Source: Polyangiales bacterium (GTDB lineage: Bacteria > Myxococcota_A > Polyangia > Polyangiales > JADJQN01). From it: 64,000 nucleotides of DNA. The notes under the pieces are model-generated. The model searched no databases. It had not been told where the DNA came from and was given only the letters and a program-made list of their open reading frames with translations. Numbering within the stretch: position 1 is the stretch's first letter; every line of letters starts with the position of its first letter. The stretch is from assembly GCA_964202905.1 (NCBI GenBank), contig CAXNJO010000001.1:288001-352000 (forward strand), written 5' to 3'. Below, one piece after another: positions 1-8,652 of the stretch. The position numbers and the translations under genes are program-made.

Positions 1-660
1 CCGGTCTTCGCGCTGCTCGCGCTCGCCGCGTGCACGCCGTCGCGCAGCACGCGACCGCGCGGGTCGCCGCCGCCCGACGCGGCGGATGCCGGCGAGGTCG
101 ATCTCGGGACGCCCGGCGACGATGCGGGCGAACCTCCGCCACCGCCGCCGCCGCCGCCCGTGGATGCGGGGGCCCCGGATCTCGGCGCGCCGGCGCCGAC
201 GGGGCTCGACTGCGAGCGCGACGACCTGCACCGCTACGCGTGCTGCGTCGTCGATGCGGTGAACGCCTACCGCGCCGAGACGGATCCGACGCTCGCGCCC
301 TACGTGCCGGATCCCGCGCTCGCCGCCGTGGGCTTCTCGTACGCGGGCTACATGGCGGAGCGGCGCGTGTTCGCGCACTCGGCCGACGGGCTCAGCTTCG
401 GCGCGCGGCTCGACGGCGCGGGCGTGCGCTGGGCGAGCGCGGGTGAGAACCTGCAGCGCAACACGCTGCCCGACTGGCGTGCGGCCTGCGCCGAGACGGT
501 GCGCGGCGCGGGCGGCTGGGCGCGCTCGGCGAGCGGACACCGCGAGGCGATGCTGGGCATGGACGCGCGCGGGACGCCGAAGGGCTGGACGCACGCGGGC
601 GCCGGCGTCGCGCGGCGCGGCAGCGAGTGGTACGTCGCGATGTACTTCGTGCGGTATTGA
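1..660 (+). CDS. CAP/SCP-domain lipoprotein (5' end outside window)
   Basis: Frame 1 is open from base 1: PVFALLALAAC lipobox, Pro/DAG-rich linker, then CAP motifs (VNAYR, YMAERRVFAH, AGENL, WARSASGHREAML, GAGVA, WYVAMYF). Confidence 0.8.
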   Translation, partial: PVFALLALAACTPSRSTRPRGSPPPDAADAGEVDLGTPGDDAGEPPPPPPPPPVDAGAPDLGAPAPTGLDCERDDLHRYACCVVDAVNAYRAETDPTLAPYVPDPALAAVGFSYAGYMAERRVFAHSADGLSFGARLDGAGVRWASAGENLQRNTLPDWRAACAETVRGAGGWARSASGHREAMLGMDARGTPKGWTHAGAGVARRGSEWYVAMYFVRY

Positions 661-704
661 GAGAGCGACGCGCACGGCGCGGAGATGGAAGTCGGCGTCC
701 TGCG

Positions 705-2183
705 TCAAGGCGGTGGAGGAGGCAGGGCGCGCCCCCGTCGCAGGATCGCGATGCGCGCGATGGCGTCGGGCTCGCCGGTCGCGAGCGCCCGCGCGATGCG
801 CGCCCGGGCGGCGTCGAGATCGCCGCGGAGCGTCTCGCCCTCGGCGACGCGCACCTGCCAGAGGCCGGGGCTCGCGAGCGGGCGCGCGAGGTGCCGCGCG
901 GAGAGCGCGAGGCATGCGAGCGCGACGAGCGCGACGAGGGCGCGGCGATGGGGCGCGTACGCCGCGAGGGCGAGCACGGCGTGCGCGGAGAGCAGCACGA
1001 GCGGAACCGTCATCGAGAGGCGGTAGCGCGTGCTCGGGTGAAAGAGCGTCGTGACGAGCACCACGCCGAGGAGCAGCGGCAGATAGGGGGCGAGCCCGCG
1101 CAGGCCGTCGCGGCGAAGGACCACGACCGCGCCGAGGGCGCCGAGAAGGAGCAGCACGCCCATCGACACGGGAAGGACCGCGAGCGCGCGGAGTTCCGAG
1201 CGCTCGCCGTAGAAGCCGTAATCGAAGCTCGTCTCGACGTCCGAGAAGGTCCGCGCGAGCTTCGACGGGGCCGCGGCGAGCCACCCTCCGACGTCGATCG
1301 AGGGAAGCGCAGGCGTCTGCGCGGGGGCCGCGAGCGCGCGCTCGGCCTGCGCGACGACGTCCCACGCGCTCGGAGGCGCGCCATCCGTGCCGAAGAAGGC
1401 GAGGGATCCCGTCCAGTCGCCGTGGGAGGAGGCACGACTCGCGGTCTGCGAAGTGAGAATCACCGGCACGAAGCGACCGACGTGGACGAGATTCCAGAGC
1501 CCGTTCGCACCGAGCACGAGGGCGATCCCCGCGACCACGCACGCGGTGCGAACGGTGCGCGCGCGCAGGGTCTCCGCGCCGAGTCGGAGCGCAGCGACCG
1601 CGACGAAGAAAGGCAGCGCAAAGAGGAGGTTCGCGCGGGTGAGCGTCGCGAGCCCGAGCGCGCTCCCGACACCCAGGGCGACGTGCGGCGCCCCCTTCAG
1701 CGAGCGGGGATCACTCGCCAGCCAGGTGGCGAGCACCACGAGGAAGAGCCCGAGCGTCTCGGACATGAGCTTCGTCTCGTAAAACAGCGGGACCGCGTCA
1801 CCGAGCCAGAGCGCGAGGGCCGCGACGCCCCCCGCTGCGCGGCCCGTGACGCGCGTCGCGGTGCGCTCCACGAGCCAGGCGGTGACGAGGCCGAGAACCA
1901 GCTGAACCTCCGCCGCGCGCGGGCCGACGAGCGCGAGCAGCCAGCCGTAGGCGGGACCGAACGCCACCAGCGTCGCATCCGAGAAGTGCCCGGCCCGCAA
2001 GGCATCGGCCTGTCGGAGGTACACCGCGGAGTCGTAGAGGGGCGCCTCGATGAAGGGGAGCGCGTCGGATTCGAGCCGATAGGCCAGACGGAGCACGCCG
2101 CCGAGCGCGAGGAGCAGCCAGCGGGCACGCAGCCAGACCACGTCGTGGGCGGCCGAAGACGCAGCGTGGGCGGCCGAAGACAC
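705..2183 (-). CDS. Polytopic membrane glycosyltransferase-like protein (GT-C/PMT-like) with C-terminal TPR-like helix
   Basis: Many hydrophobic helices; PLYDSAVY acidic loop after TM1, LMSETL, TRANLL, RYRL motifs. GTG start at 2183 is preceded by TACGAT. Confidence 0.65.
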   Translation of the reverse strand: MSSAAHAASSAAHDVVWLRARWLLLALGGVLRLAYRLESDALPFIEAPLYDSAVYLRQADALRAGHFSDATLVAFGPAYGWLLALVGPRAAEVQLVLGLVTAWLVERTATRVTGRAAGGVAALALWLGDAVPLFYETKLMSETLGLFLVVLATWLASDPRSLKGAPHVALGVGSALGLATLTRANLLFALPFFVAVAALRLGAETLRARTVRTACVVAGIALVLGANGLWNLVHVGRFVPVILTSQTASRASSHGDWTGSLAFFGTDGAPPSAWDVVAQAERALAAPAQTPALPSIDVGGWLAAAPSKLARTFSDVETSFDYGFYGERSELRALAVLPVSMGVLLLLGALGAVVVLRRDGLRGLAPYLPLLLGVVLVTTLFHPSTRYRLSMTVPLVLLSAHAVLALAAYAPHRRALVALVALACLALSARHLARPLASPGLWQVRVAEGETLRGDLDAARARIARALATGEPDAIARIAILRRGRALPPPPP

Positions 2184-2326
2184 AGCGGGATCGTACCGCA
2201 ACGGCTCCGCGTGAACGCCCCTTCATCGGGGCACGGCACGGCAACCCACGACGGGCACTCGTCAGCGGCCCGCAGCCCCGCGACCCGGACCGCTGCACGC
2301 GTGTCCGCGGCGCTCACCCTGCCGCG

Positions 2327-3127
2327 CTACGGCAGCAGGCCGAGCTCGGCGTCGCCCGCGGCCGGTCCGTATTTCTCACGCGGGGGCCACGGGCGCGTGC
2401 GCCAGTGCGGCTCGAACTCGAAGGACGAGCGCGTGCGGCCGGGCAGCAGCTGGCCGTTGCCCGCGCCCATCGCGTAGTCGTAATAGAGCTTCACGATCTC
2501 CTCGCGCGTCACCTGCTGCGCGGCCGGATGCGCGAGGCACGCGTCCCGCCAACGCGCGACGCGCGCGAAACGCGGCTCGTCGGGCAGCGCGAAACCCTCG
2601 TAATACTCGAGGAACCAGAAGCGCATGAACATCGGTGTGTAGACGGCCTCCGCGTAGCCGAACGCCTCGAAGAGGAAGTCGCGGTCCGGCGCGTGGAAGG
2701 TGAGGAAGGCGTCGAGCGCCGCGTATTGCGTGAGCAGCCGCTCACGGAGCGCGTCGCGCTGCGTCGCGTCGCGGTTGAGCACGAGCGCGTAGCCCGCGGA
2801 GACGAACGCCCCCTCGCGCGCGACGAGCATGTTCTCGACGGCGCGCGGCCACAGGTCGCGGGCGAACACGGCGGGCTCGGGGAAGCGCTCCTCGAAGTAG
2901 CGCAGGATGACGAGGCTCTCGTGGAGGACGCGGCCATCCTCGAGCTCGAGCACGGGCAGCGCCGTCGAGCCGCGCGTCTTCGCGAGCAGCTCGGGGGCGC
3001 GCGGCTTCGTGATGTCGACCGCGCGAAACGCGACGGCCGAGGTCATGTCCTTCAGCGCGAGCAGGATCTCGACGCGCTGGGAAAAAGGGCAGACGGGGAT
3101 GTGGAAGAGCGTCGGGCGCGCGGTCAT
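2327..3127 (-). CDS. Glutathione S-transferase family protein
   Basis: CPFSQRV N-terminal motif, LPVLE...LHESLVILRYFEE GST signature. Confidence 0.9.
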   Translation of the reverse strand: MTARPTLFHIPVCPFSQRVEILLALKDMTSAVAFRAVDITKPRAPELLAKTRGSTALPVLELEDGRVLHESLVILRYFEERFPEPAVFARDLWPRAVENMLVAREGAFVSAGYALVLNRDATQRDALRERLLTQYAALDAFLTFHAPDRDFLFEAFGYAEAVYTPMFMRFWFLEYYEGFALPDEPRFARVARWRDACLAHPAAQQVTREEIVKLYYDYAMGAGNGQLLPGRTRSSFEFEPHWRTRPWPPREKYGPAAGDAELGLLP

Positions 3128-3206
3128 GCGGCCGCGAGCGTAGCGCAGACGCTGCCGCCTGCGCGGCGGGCGCAAGAGACGGGCGCGCGCGTGCTAGCTT
3201 CGCCCG

Positions 3207-4754
3207 ATGCTGGAGCGCGCGGCGCTTCACCAGACGCGCTTTCGGACACCAGGGGTCGGACCCGACGCGCGCGGCGTCGTGCTCGGCGAGAAGGGGCTCG
3301 TGCTCTTCGCGTCGCTCGACCGCGCCGTCGCGTTCTTGCGTGCGTACGGCGACGAGGGCTCGCTCGACGAGCTGCTCCCGGGGCTGACGCTCCGCCGCGT
3401 GATCACGCCGCTCCGCACGCGCGAGCTGCTGCTCGGCGTGCAGGCCGAGTCGTCGTACCGCATGGACCGCGTCGCGGGGATCGCGCGGCTCACGGGCGGG
3501 CTCGTCTTCACGGGCACCGCGCGCCACTTCGTGAAGTACCGCGACGCCGCGTCGCCGCTCGGCTACGACCTCGAAGCGCTCGCGACGACGCCCGCGGACG
3601 TGCTGCTCTACCACGACACCTTTCAGCAGGCGTACACGGTCGAGCGCGACCTCGACCTCCGCGCGCTGCTGCTCCAGCTCTCGCTCGAGCCCGACGTCGG
3701 CGCGGCGCAGCGCAGCCCAGCGCGCCTCCACGCGACGGCCGAGACGGGCGTCGGCCACGCGCTCGTGCGCTACCTCTACCGCTCGCACGTGGAGGCGCGT
3801 GTCGCGCTCGCGGAGTGGCCGGGCGCGAGCGCGTTCGACGACGGGCCGCGGCGCCTGCACCTCTTCGAGCTCACGGGGGCGCCGCCGCGCATCGTCGCGC
3901 TGATGCGTGCGCTGCCGGGCGTGCGCGTGTTCGAGCCGATCGTCGAGGGCGTCGCCGTCGAGCTGGGGTACCGACACCCCATCGCGCTCGAGGCCTGCCC
4001 GAGCCTCTTCCGCGGTGGGGGGCTCACGCTCTTCCGCGCGGGCGCGCCGCCCGAGGAGCTCGCCACGCTGCCGCCGTTCGCGCCGGTGCGCGCGCTGGTG
4101 CGCACCGCGCTCGACCTCGGCGACGCCGCGCCGATCGCCCCCCGCGCGCGCACCGCCGAGCCGCCCGAGCCGCTCACGCTCCCGCTGCGGCTCCGCCCCT
4201 CGAGCGAGCCCTGGCGCCGCGTGCGCGCGGCGGTCGTCCCGCTCGCACAGCGCGCGTGGCTCGCCCGCATGCTCTACGTGCTGCCCCCGCGCACGCTCGC
4301 GGCGCTGCGCCTCGCGCTCACCGAGGACGCCGCGTACCTCGTCGATCCCGCCGGCATCGAGGGCGTGCCGATCGGCGTGTTCTACGCGGAGCGCGCGCCC
4401 GGCGTGTTCATCCCCGCGGGCATGGCGCTCGAGCCGGCCGTCGGCGGCGACGTGCTCGCGGAGCTCGCGCGCAAGCAGGGCGAGGGGCTCGTGTTCTTCG
4501 AGCCGGGGCGCGAGACACCGACCTTCCTGCCCGCTGCGTCGCTCGGGCCCGTGACGCGCCGCGCGCTCGGCGTGCTCGCGGCCGAGCCGCTCGTCGCCGC
4601 GCCGCCGGAGTACGACGAGCCCGCCCTGCCGCGCCTCGAGTACGGCGACGCGCCGCGCTTTCCGCTGCGGCACCTGCCGCCCGATGCGCGCCGCGTCGAG
4701 GCCGACCCGACACACGACGACGACGCGGACACCGACGACGGGGGCGCACCGTGA
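3207..4754 (+). CDS. Hypothetical protein of MoxR/vWA operon (resembles FtsH-ternary-system fvmX7-type proteins, from recall)
   Basis: 515 aa with typical codon usage; first gene of an overlapping operon with MoxR and vWA genes. Confidence 0.6.
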   Translation: MLERAALHQTRFRTPGVGPDARGVVLGEKGLVLFASLDRAVAFLRAYGDEGSLDELLPGLTLRRVITPLRTRELLLGVQAESSYRMDRVAGIARLTGGLVFTGTARHFVKYRDAASPLGYDLEALATTPADVLLYHDTFQQAYTVERDLDLRALLLQLSLEPDVGAAQRSPARLHATAETGVGHALVRYLYRSHVEARVALAEWPGASAFDDGPRRLHLFELTGAPPRIVALMRALPGVRVFEPIVEGVAVELGYRHPIALEACPSLFRGGGLTLFRAGAPPEELATLPPFAPVRALVRTALDLGDAAPIAPRARTAEPPEPLTLPLRLRPSSEPWRRVRAAVVPLAQRAWLARMLYVLPPRTLAALRLALTEDAAYLVDPAGIEGVPIGVFYAERAPGVFIPAGMALEPAVGGDVLAELARKQGEGLVFFEPGRETPTFLPAASLGPVTRRALGVLAAEPLVAAPPEYDEPALPRLEYGDAPRFPLRHLPPDARRVEADPTHDDDADTDDGGAP

Positions 4755-5908
4755 GCGACGCGCTCCGCGCGCAGCAGCAGGTCGACGCCTTCCTGCGCGG
4801 CTTCCTGCGCCCGCTGCTCGAGGGCGGACGCGTGCAGCCGGGGCGCGCGCTCGGCCCCGCGCGCCTCGAGGTCGCCGCGCTCTCCGCGAGCAGCGACGCG
4901 GAGGTCGATCACGCCGTGCTCGCGGCCCTCCACGCGGCCGCCTCCGAGCACGTCCCGACGCGCGCGGTGCGCTGGCCCGATCGCGGCGCCCTCGCGCTCG
5001 CGCTCGCCGCGCACGACCTCGCGCTGCTCAGCGACCCACGCCTCGATCGCGCCTTCGCCCGTGGCGCGCGCGCGACGCTCGCGGGCTTCGTCCGCACGCT
5101 CATCGAGCGCGCGGGCCCGGCCGCGACGCGCGGCGACGCGCTCCTCCGCCACGCGATCGTCGGGCGCGTGCTGCGCCTCGAGCGCACCGACACGACGGTG
5201 CGCAACTGGTCGTATACACACCGCTTTCAGGGCATCCCCGTGCCGCCGCGCTTCACCGCCTGGCGCGCGCTGCGGCGCGTCGAGACGACCCACGCGCAGC
5301 GCACGCTCGCGGCCGCGCTCGCCGAACTCCCGCCCGCGCTCGGCGCGCCCGCGCTCCTCGACGCGCTCGTCGCGGCCTCACCGCTCACGCGCGCGCTCCA
5401 CGCCGCGCCCGAGTCGTTCCGCGTCGACGAGGCGCTCGCGCCGACGCTCCTCGACGCGCCCCTGCGCGGCGCGATCGCGCGCGCGCTGCTCGACGCGGAC
5501 CCAGCGCGCGCCGGCGAGTGCGTCGGTGCCGCGCTGCGCGCGCACGCCGCGACGCTGCCGGACGGCGCCGCGCCCGCGCTGGTGCGTGCCGCGCTGCTGC
5601 TCACCTTCGAGGTGCAGGCGACGTCGCTGCTCGACCGCGGCGCGCCGCTCCCGCTCTCGACCCCGCGCTCGGTCGCGGCCGTCGCCGCCTTCGCCGCGCT
5701 CGTCGGCTCGGCGGACGGCGCCGCGTTCGTCGGCGTCACCCACCTCGGTGCGGGCGACGCGCGTGTCCTCCGCGAGGCCGCGATCGACGCGCGGCACCGC
5801 GTCGGTGAGAGCGCCTTCCACGCCGCGCTCGCGCTCGTGCGCGTCGCCATTCCTGCTTCGACTTCGAGCCTCCTCGATCTCTCCCTCGCCCCGGAGTCCA
5901 CCCCGTGA
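4751..5908 (+). CDS. Hypothetical protein of MoxR/vWA operon (resembles fvmX6-type proteins, from recall)
   Basis: GTGA overlaps at both ends; motif RHAIVGRVLRLERTDTTVRNWSYTHRFQG..P.RFTAWRALRRV. Confidence 0.6.
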   Translation: MSDALRAQQQVDAFLRGFLRPLLEGGRVQPGRALGPARLEVAALSASSDAEVDHAVLAALHAAASEHVPTRAVRWPDRGALALALAAHDLALLSDPRLDRAFARGARATLAGFVRTLIERAGPAATRGDALLRHAIVGRVLRLERTDTTVRNWSYTHRFQGIPVPPRFTAWRALRRVETTHAQRTLAAALAELPPALGAPALLDALVAASPLTRALHAAPESFRVDEALAPTLLDAPLRGAIARALLDADPARAGECVGAALRAHAATLPDGAAPALVRAALLLTFEVQATSLLDRGAPLPLSTPRSVAAVAAFAALVGSADGAAFVGVTHLGAGDARVLREAAIDARHRVGESAFHAALALVRVAIPASTSSLLDLSLAPESTP

Positions 5909-7074
5909 GCCACCCGAACGACGTCGTCCTCCGCCTCCAGCGCGTCGCGCGCACGCTCGACGATCACTTCCTCGGCAAGAGCGAGGTCGTGCGGCTCATG
6001 CTCGTCGCGGTGCTCGCGGGCGAGCACATGCTGCTCATCGGCCCGCCCGGCACCGCGAAGAGCGCGCTCGTGCGGATGTTCGCGAAGCTCGTCGACGCGC
6101 GCTACTTCGAGTACCTGCTCACGCGTTTCACGGAGCCCAACGAGCTCTTCGGGCCGATCGACATCACCGCCTTCCGCGAGGGCACGTACCGGCGGCGCAT
6201 GGAGGGCATGCTGCCCGAGGCCGAGATCGTGTTTCTCGACGAGGTCTTCAAGGCGAACAGCGCGATCCTCAACTCGCTGCTCGGCGTGCTCAACGAGCGC
6301 GTCTACACCTCGGGCGGCACCGTGCACCGCGTGCCGCTGCTGAGCGCGTTCGGTGCGTCGAACGAGGTGCCGAACGACGAAGACCTGATGGCGGTGTTCG
6401 ACCGCTTCCTGCTCCGCGTGCACTCGGACAACCTCGACAGCTACCACTTCCACGACCTGCTCCTGCGCGGCATCCGCAACGAGGCGCTGCGCCTCACCGG
6501 CGAGCGCGACCGCATGGAGCCGCAGCTCTCGAGCGCGGCGCTGCACGGCGTGCACGCGCAGTTCGCCGAGCGCATGCGCTTCGGCGAGGAGTTCCTCGCG
6601 CAATACAAGGGGCTCATCTTCCAGATCCGCGCGGAGGGCGTCTCCGTCTCCGATCGCCGCGCGGTGAAGCTGCTCAAGCTCTTCGCCGCGAGCGCGCTGC
6701 TCGATGGGCGGGCGCAGCCCGACGCGAGCGATTTCTTCGTGCTCAAGCACACGTGGAACAACCTCGATCAGGCCGAGATCCTCGACGGAATCGTGGGTCC
6801 CGTGCTCCAGGGGCACTACCGCGAGCACCCCGAGCAGCGGCGCTTCGGCGCGGCCGACGTCGGCATGGACGCGCTCCTCGAGGAGCTCGCGCGGATCCGC
6901 GAGCTGCTCACCGCCGAGCGGCCGCTCTCCGATTTGCAGCTCTTCAGCCAGCTGAAGGCGCTCAACGAGCTGAAGGCCGCGTTGCAGGCGATCGGGACGC
7001 GCCCCGCGCAGGAGGCGAGCGCGCGCGTCGACCAGCTCCTCGGGCACGTCTTCCAGAGCGGGAAGTTCTCGTGA
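5905..7074 (+). CDS. MoxR/RavA-like AAA+ ATPase
   Basis: Walker A GPPGTAKS, RFTEPNELFGP, Walker B FLDEVFK, ASN sensor, DRF arginine finger, VSDRR. Confidence 0.92.
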   Translation: MSHPNDVVLRLQRVARTLDDHFLGKSEVVRLMLVAVLAGEHMLLIGPPGTAKSALVRMFAKLVDARYFEYLLTRFTEPNELFGPIDITAFREGTYRRRMEGMLPEAEIVFLDEVFKANSAILNSLLGVLNERVYTSGGTVHRVPLLSAFGASNEVPNDEDLMAVFDRFLLRVHSDNLDSYHFHDLLLRGIRNEALRLTGERDRMEPQLSSAALHGVHAQFAERMRFGEEFLAQYKGLIFQIRAEGVSVSDRRAVKLLKLFAASALLDGRAQPDASDFFVLKHTWNNLDQAEILDGIVGPVLQGHYREHPEQRRFGAADVGMDALLEELARIRELLTAERPLSDLQLFSQLKALNELKAALQAIGTRPAQEASARVDQLLGHVFQSGKFS

Positions 7075-7102
7075 GCGCACGCCGCGCGGGGCCGCGCTAG
7101 CC

Positions 7103-8590
7103 GTGCCGCTCGGGCCCGCGCAGGCCGCGACGCCGGTCGGCCGCGAGCTCGGCTCGCTCGCGCTCTCGTGCGTGCAGGTCACCGAGCCGATGGCGTTGCT
7201 GCGCGCGGCGCAGTGGCGCAACGCGCTCGCGAAGGTGGGGCTCGGCGTGCCGCTCTTCGCGGTGCACGATCTCGGCCTGCTCGCCGTGGTCGACCCGCGG
7301 GCCGCGCCGATCGGGGTGCGCCCCTTCGTCGCGCGCGCGGCGGGCAGCCTCGGCCGCGCCGCGCCGCAGCTCGCGCTCTGGGCCGAGACGCTGAAGGAGA
7401 TCGCCGCGAGCGAGGTGATGGAGCGCGCGCGGCAGTGGCGGCTCGCGGACGACCTGCTCGCGGTGCTGCTGCTGCGCGTGCTCGGGCCGGTGTGGGAGCG
7501 GCACCTCGGCCCGGGCCGCCGCACGCCCGCCCCGGCGCTCCCGCTCGATCCCGACGTCTACCGCGACCTCGGGCCGGAGTTGCCCACGCTCTTCGATGCC
7601 GGGGGTCTGACGCGCCCGCCCGCGCTCGAGTTCCTCGACCACCTCGTGCGCGAGCGGCTGCGCCTCGTCACCGCGGTCGAGCAGGTCGACCTCGACACGC
7701 TGCGGCTGCTCGGGATGTTCGGCGCCGAGGCGGGCGCGATGAGCGCGCTCTCGATGCTCGACCTCCTCCAGGTGTTCGAGAGCGCGCAGGCGAACGACGT
7801 CGTGAACTTCTCGCTCGACCTGCTGCCGAGCGTGCTCGAGACGCGGCGCGCCGGGGGCCGGCAGACCTTCAGCGTCGACGGCTACGCGGGCGTCGAGCGG
7901 CGCGGCACGCTCGACTCGCTGGTCCTCTCCGAGCTCGCCTTCGACCCCGATCTCTTCGACCGCCGCTTCGCCGAGAACGAGGTTTTCTACTATGCGCGCG
8001 AGAAGCCCCACGATCGACAGCGCCGGCTGCACTACCTCTGCGTCGACGCGAGCGCCTCGATGCGCGGGCAGCGCGCGACCTTCGCGCGCGGGCTCGCGCT
8101 GACCCTCGCGAAGAAGCTGCTGCTGCGCGGCGAGGACGTGCGCCTGCGCTTCTTCGACGCGCGCCTCTACGACACGCAGCACGCGCGGCCCGGTCGTGCG
8201 GGCGACGCCGGCCTCAGCGTGCCCTACATCCTCTGCTTCAAGGGCGAGCGGGGCCGCAACTACGCGCGCGTCTTCTCGCTCCTCGCCGACGACCTGCAAC
8301 GACTCGCGCGCCGCGAGCAGCGCAGCCCCGTGGTCTATCTCTTCACGCACGCCGAGTGCCACGTGCCGGTCGAGACCGTGGCGCGCCTGCGGGACGCCGC
8401 GCAGCTCTACGGCGTCTTCCTGCTGCCGAGCGCGGGCGCCCTCCAGCTCGAGTACCTCCCGCTGCTGCACACCGTGCAGGTCGTGGACGAGCACGCGCTC
8501 TTCGACCGCGACGCGCGCAACCGCCGCGCCCTCGACATCCTCGAGGACGCAGCGGGGGACCGCGCAGCACCGCGAGCGCCCGCGCGCTGA
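7103..8590 (+). CDS. vWA-domain protein, MoxR partner
   Basis: MIDAS DASASM; RGTLDSLVLSELA..FDRRFAENEVFYY segment like ViaA-type MoxR partners; VYLFTHAE. Confidence 0.8.
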   Translation: MPLGPAQAATPVGRELGSLALSCVQVTEPMALLRAAQWRNALAKVGLGVPLFAVHDLGLLAVVDPRAAPIGVRPFVARAAGSLGRAAPQLALWAETLKEIAASEVMERARQWRLADDLLAVLLLRVLGPVWERHLGPGRRTPAPALPLDPDVYRDLGPELPTLFDAGGLTRPPALEFLDHLVRERLRLVTAVEQVDLDTLRLLGMFGAEAGAMSALSMLDLLQVFESAQANDVVNFSLDLLPSVLETRRAGGRQTFSVDGYAGVERRGTLDSLVLSELAFDPDLFDRRFAENEVFYYAREKPHDRQRRLHYLCVDASASMRGQRATFARGLALTLAKKLLLRGEDVRLRFFDARLYDTQHARPGRAGDAGLSVPYILCFKGERGRNYARVFSLLADDLQRLARREQRSPVVYLFTHAECHVPVETVARLRDAAQLYGVFLLPSAGALQLEYLPLLHTVQVVDEHALFDRDARNRRALDILEDAAGDRAAPRAPAR

Positions 8591-8652
8591 ATCGCCATTC
8601 AGCGGCGGCGCACACGACGCACCGCGCGCTGAATCGCCCTTCAGCGGCGGCG
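8580..8652. repeat. Two 31-bp direct repeats with palindromic core (REP/terminator-like) at a convergent gene junction
   Basis: ccgcgcgctgaatcgcc(a/c)ttcagcggcggcg at 8580-8610 and 8622-8652; core gctgaa-N6-ttcagc. Confidence 0.75.

Noticed and set aside
2144..2185. 21-bp tandem duplication at the start of the glycosyltransferase
   Set aside because: In-frame SSAAH duplication in a disordered N-terminus; no evident significance.
3181..3194. Sigma54 promoter upstream of the MoxR operon
   Set aside because: GG-N10-GC alone is common in GC-rich DNA; an extended -10 (TGcTAGCTT) explains the site better.
2405..4750. N-terminal 780 aa of the 1167-aa ORF 2405-5908
   Set aside because: It overlaps the GST and the 3207-4754 gene; only the part from GTG 4751 looks coding.
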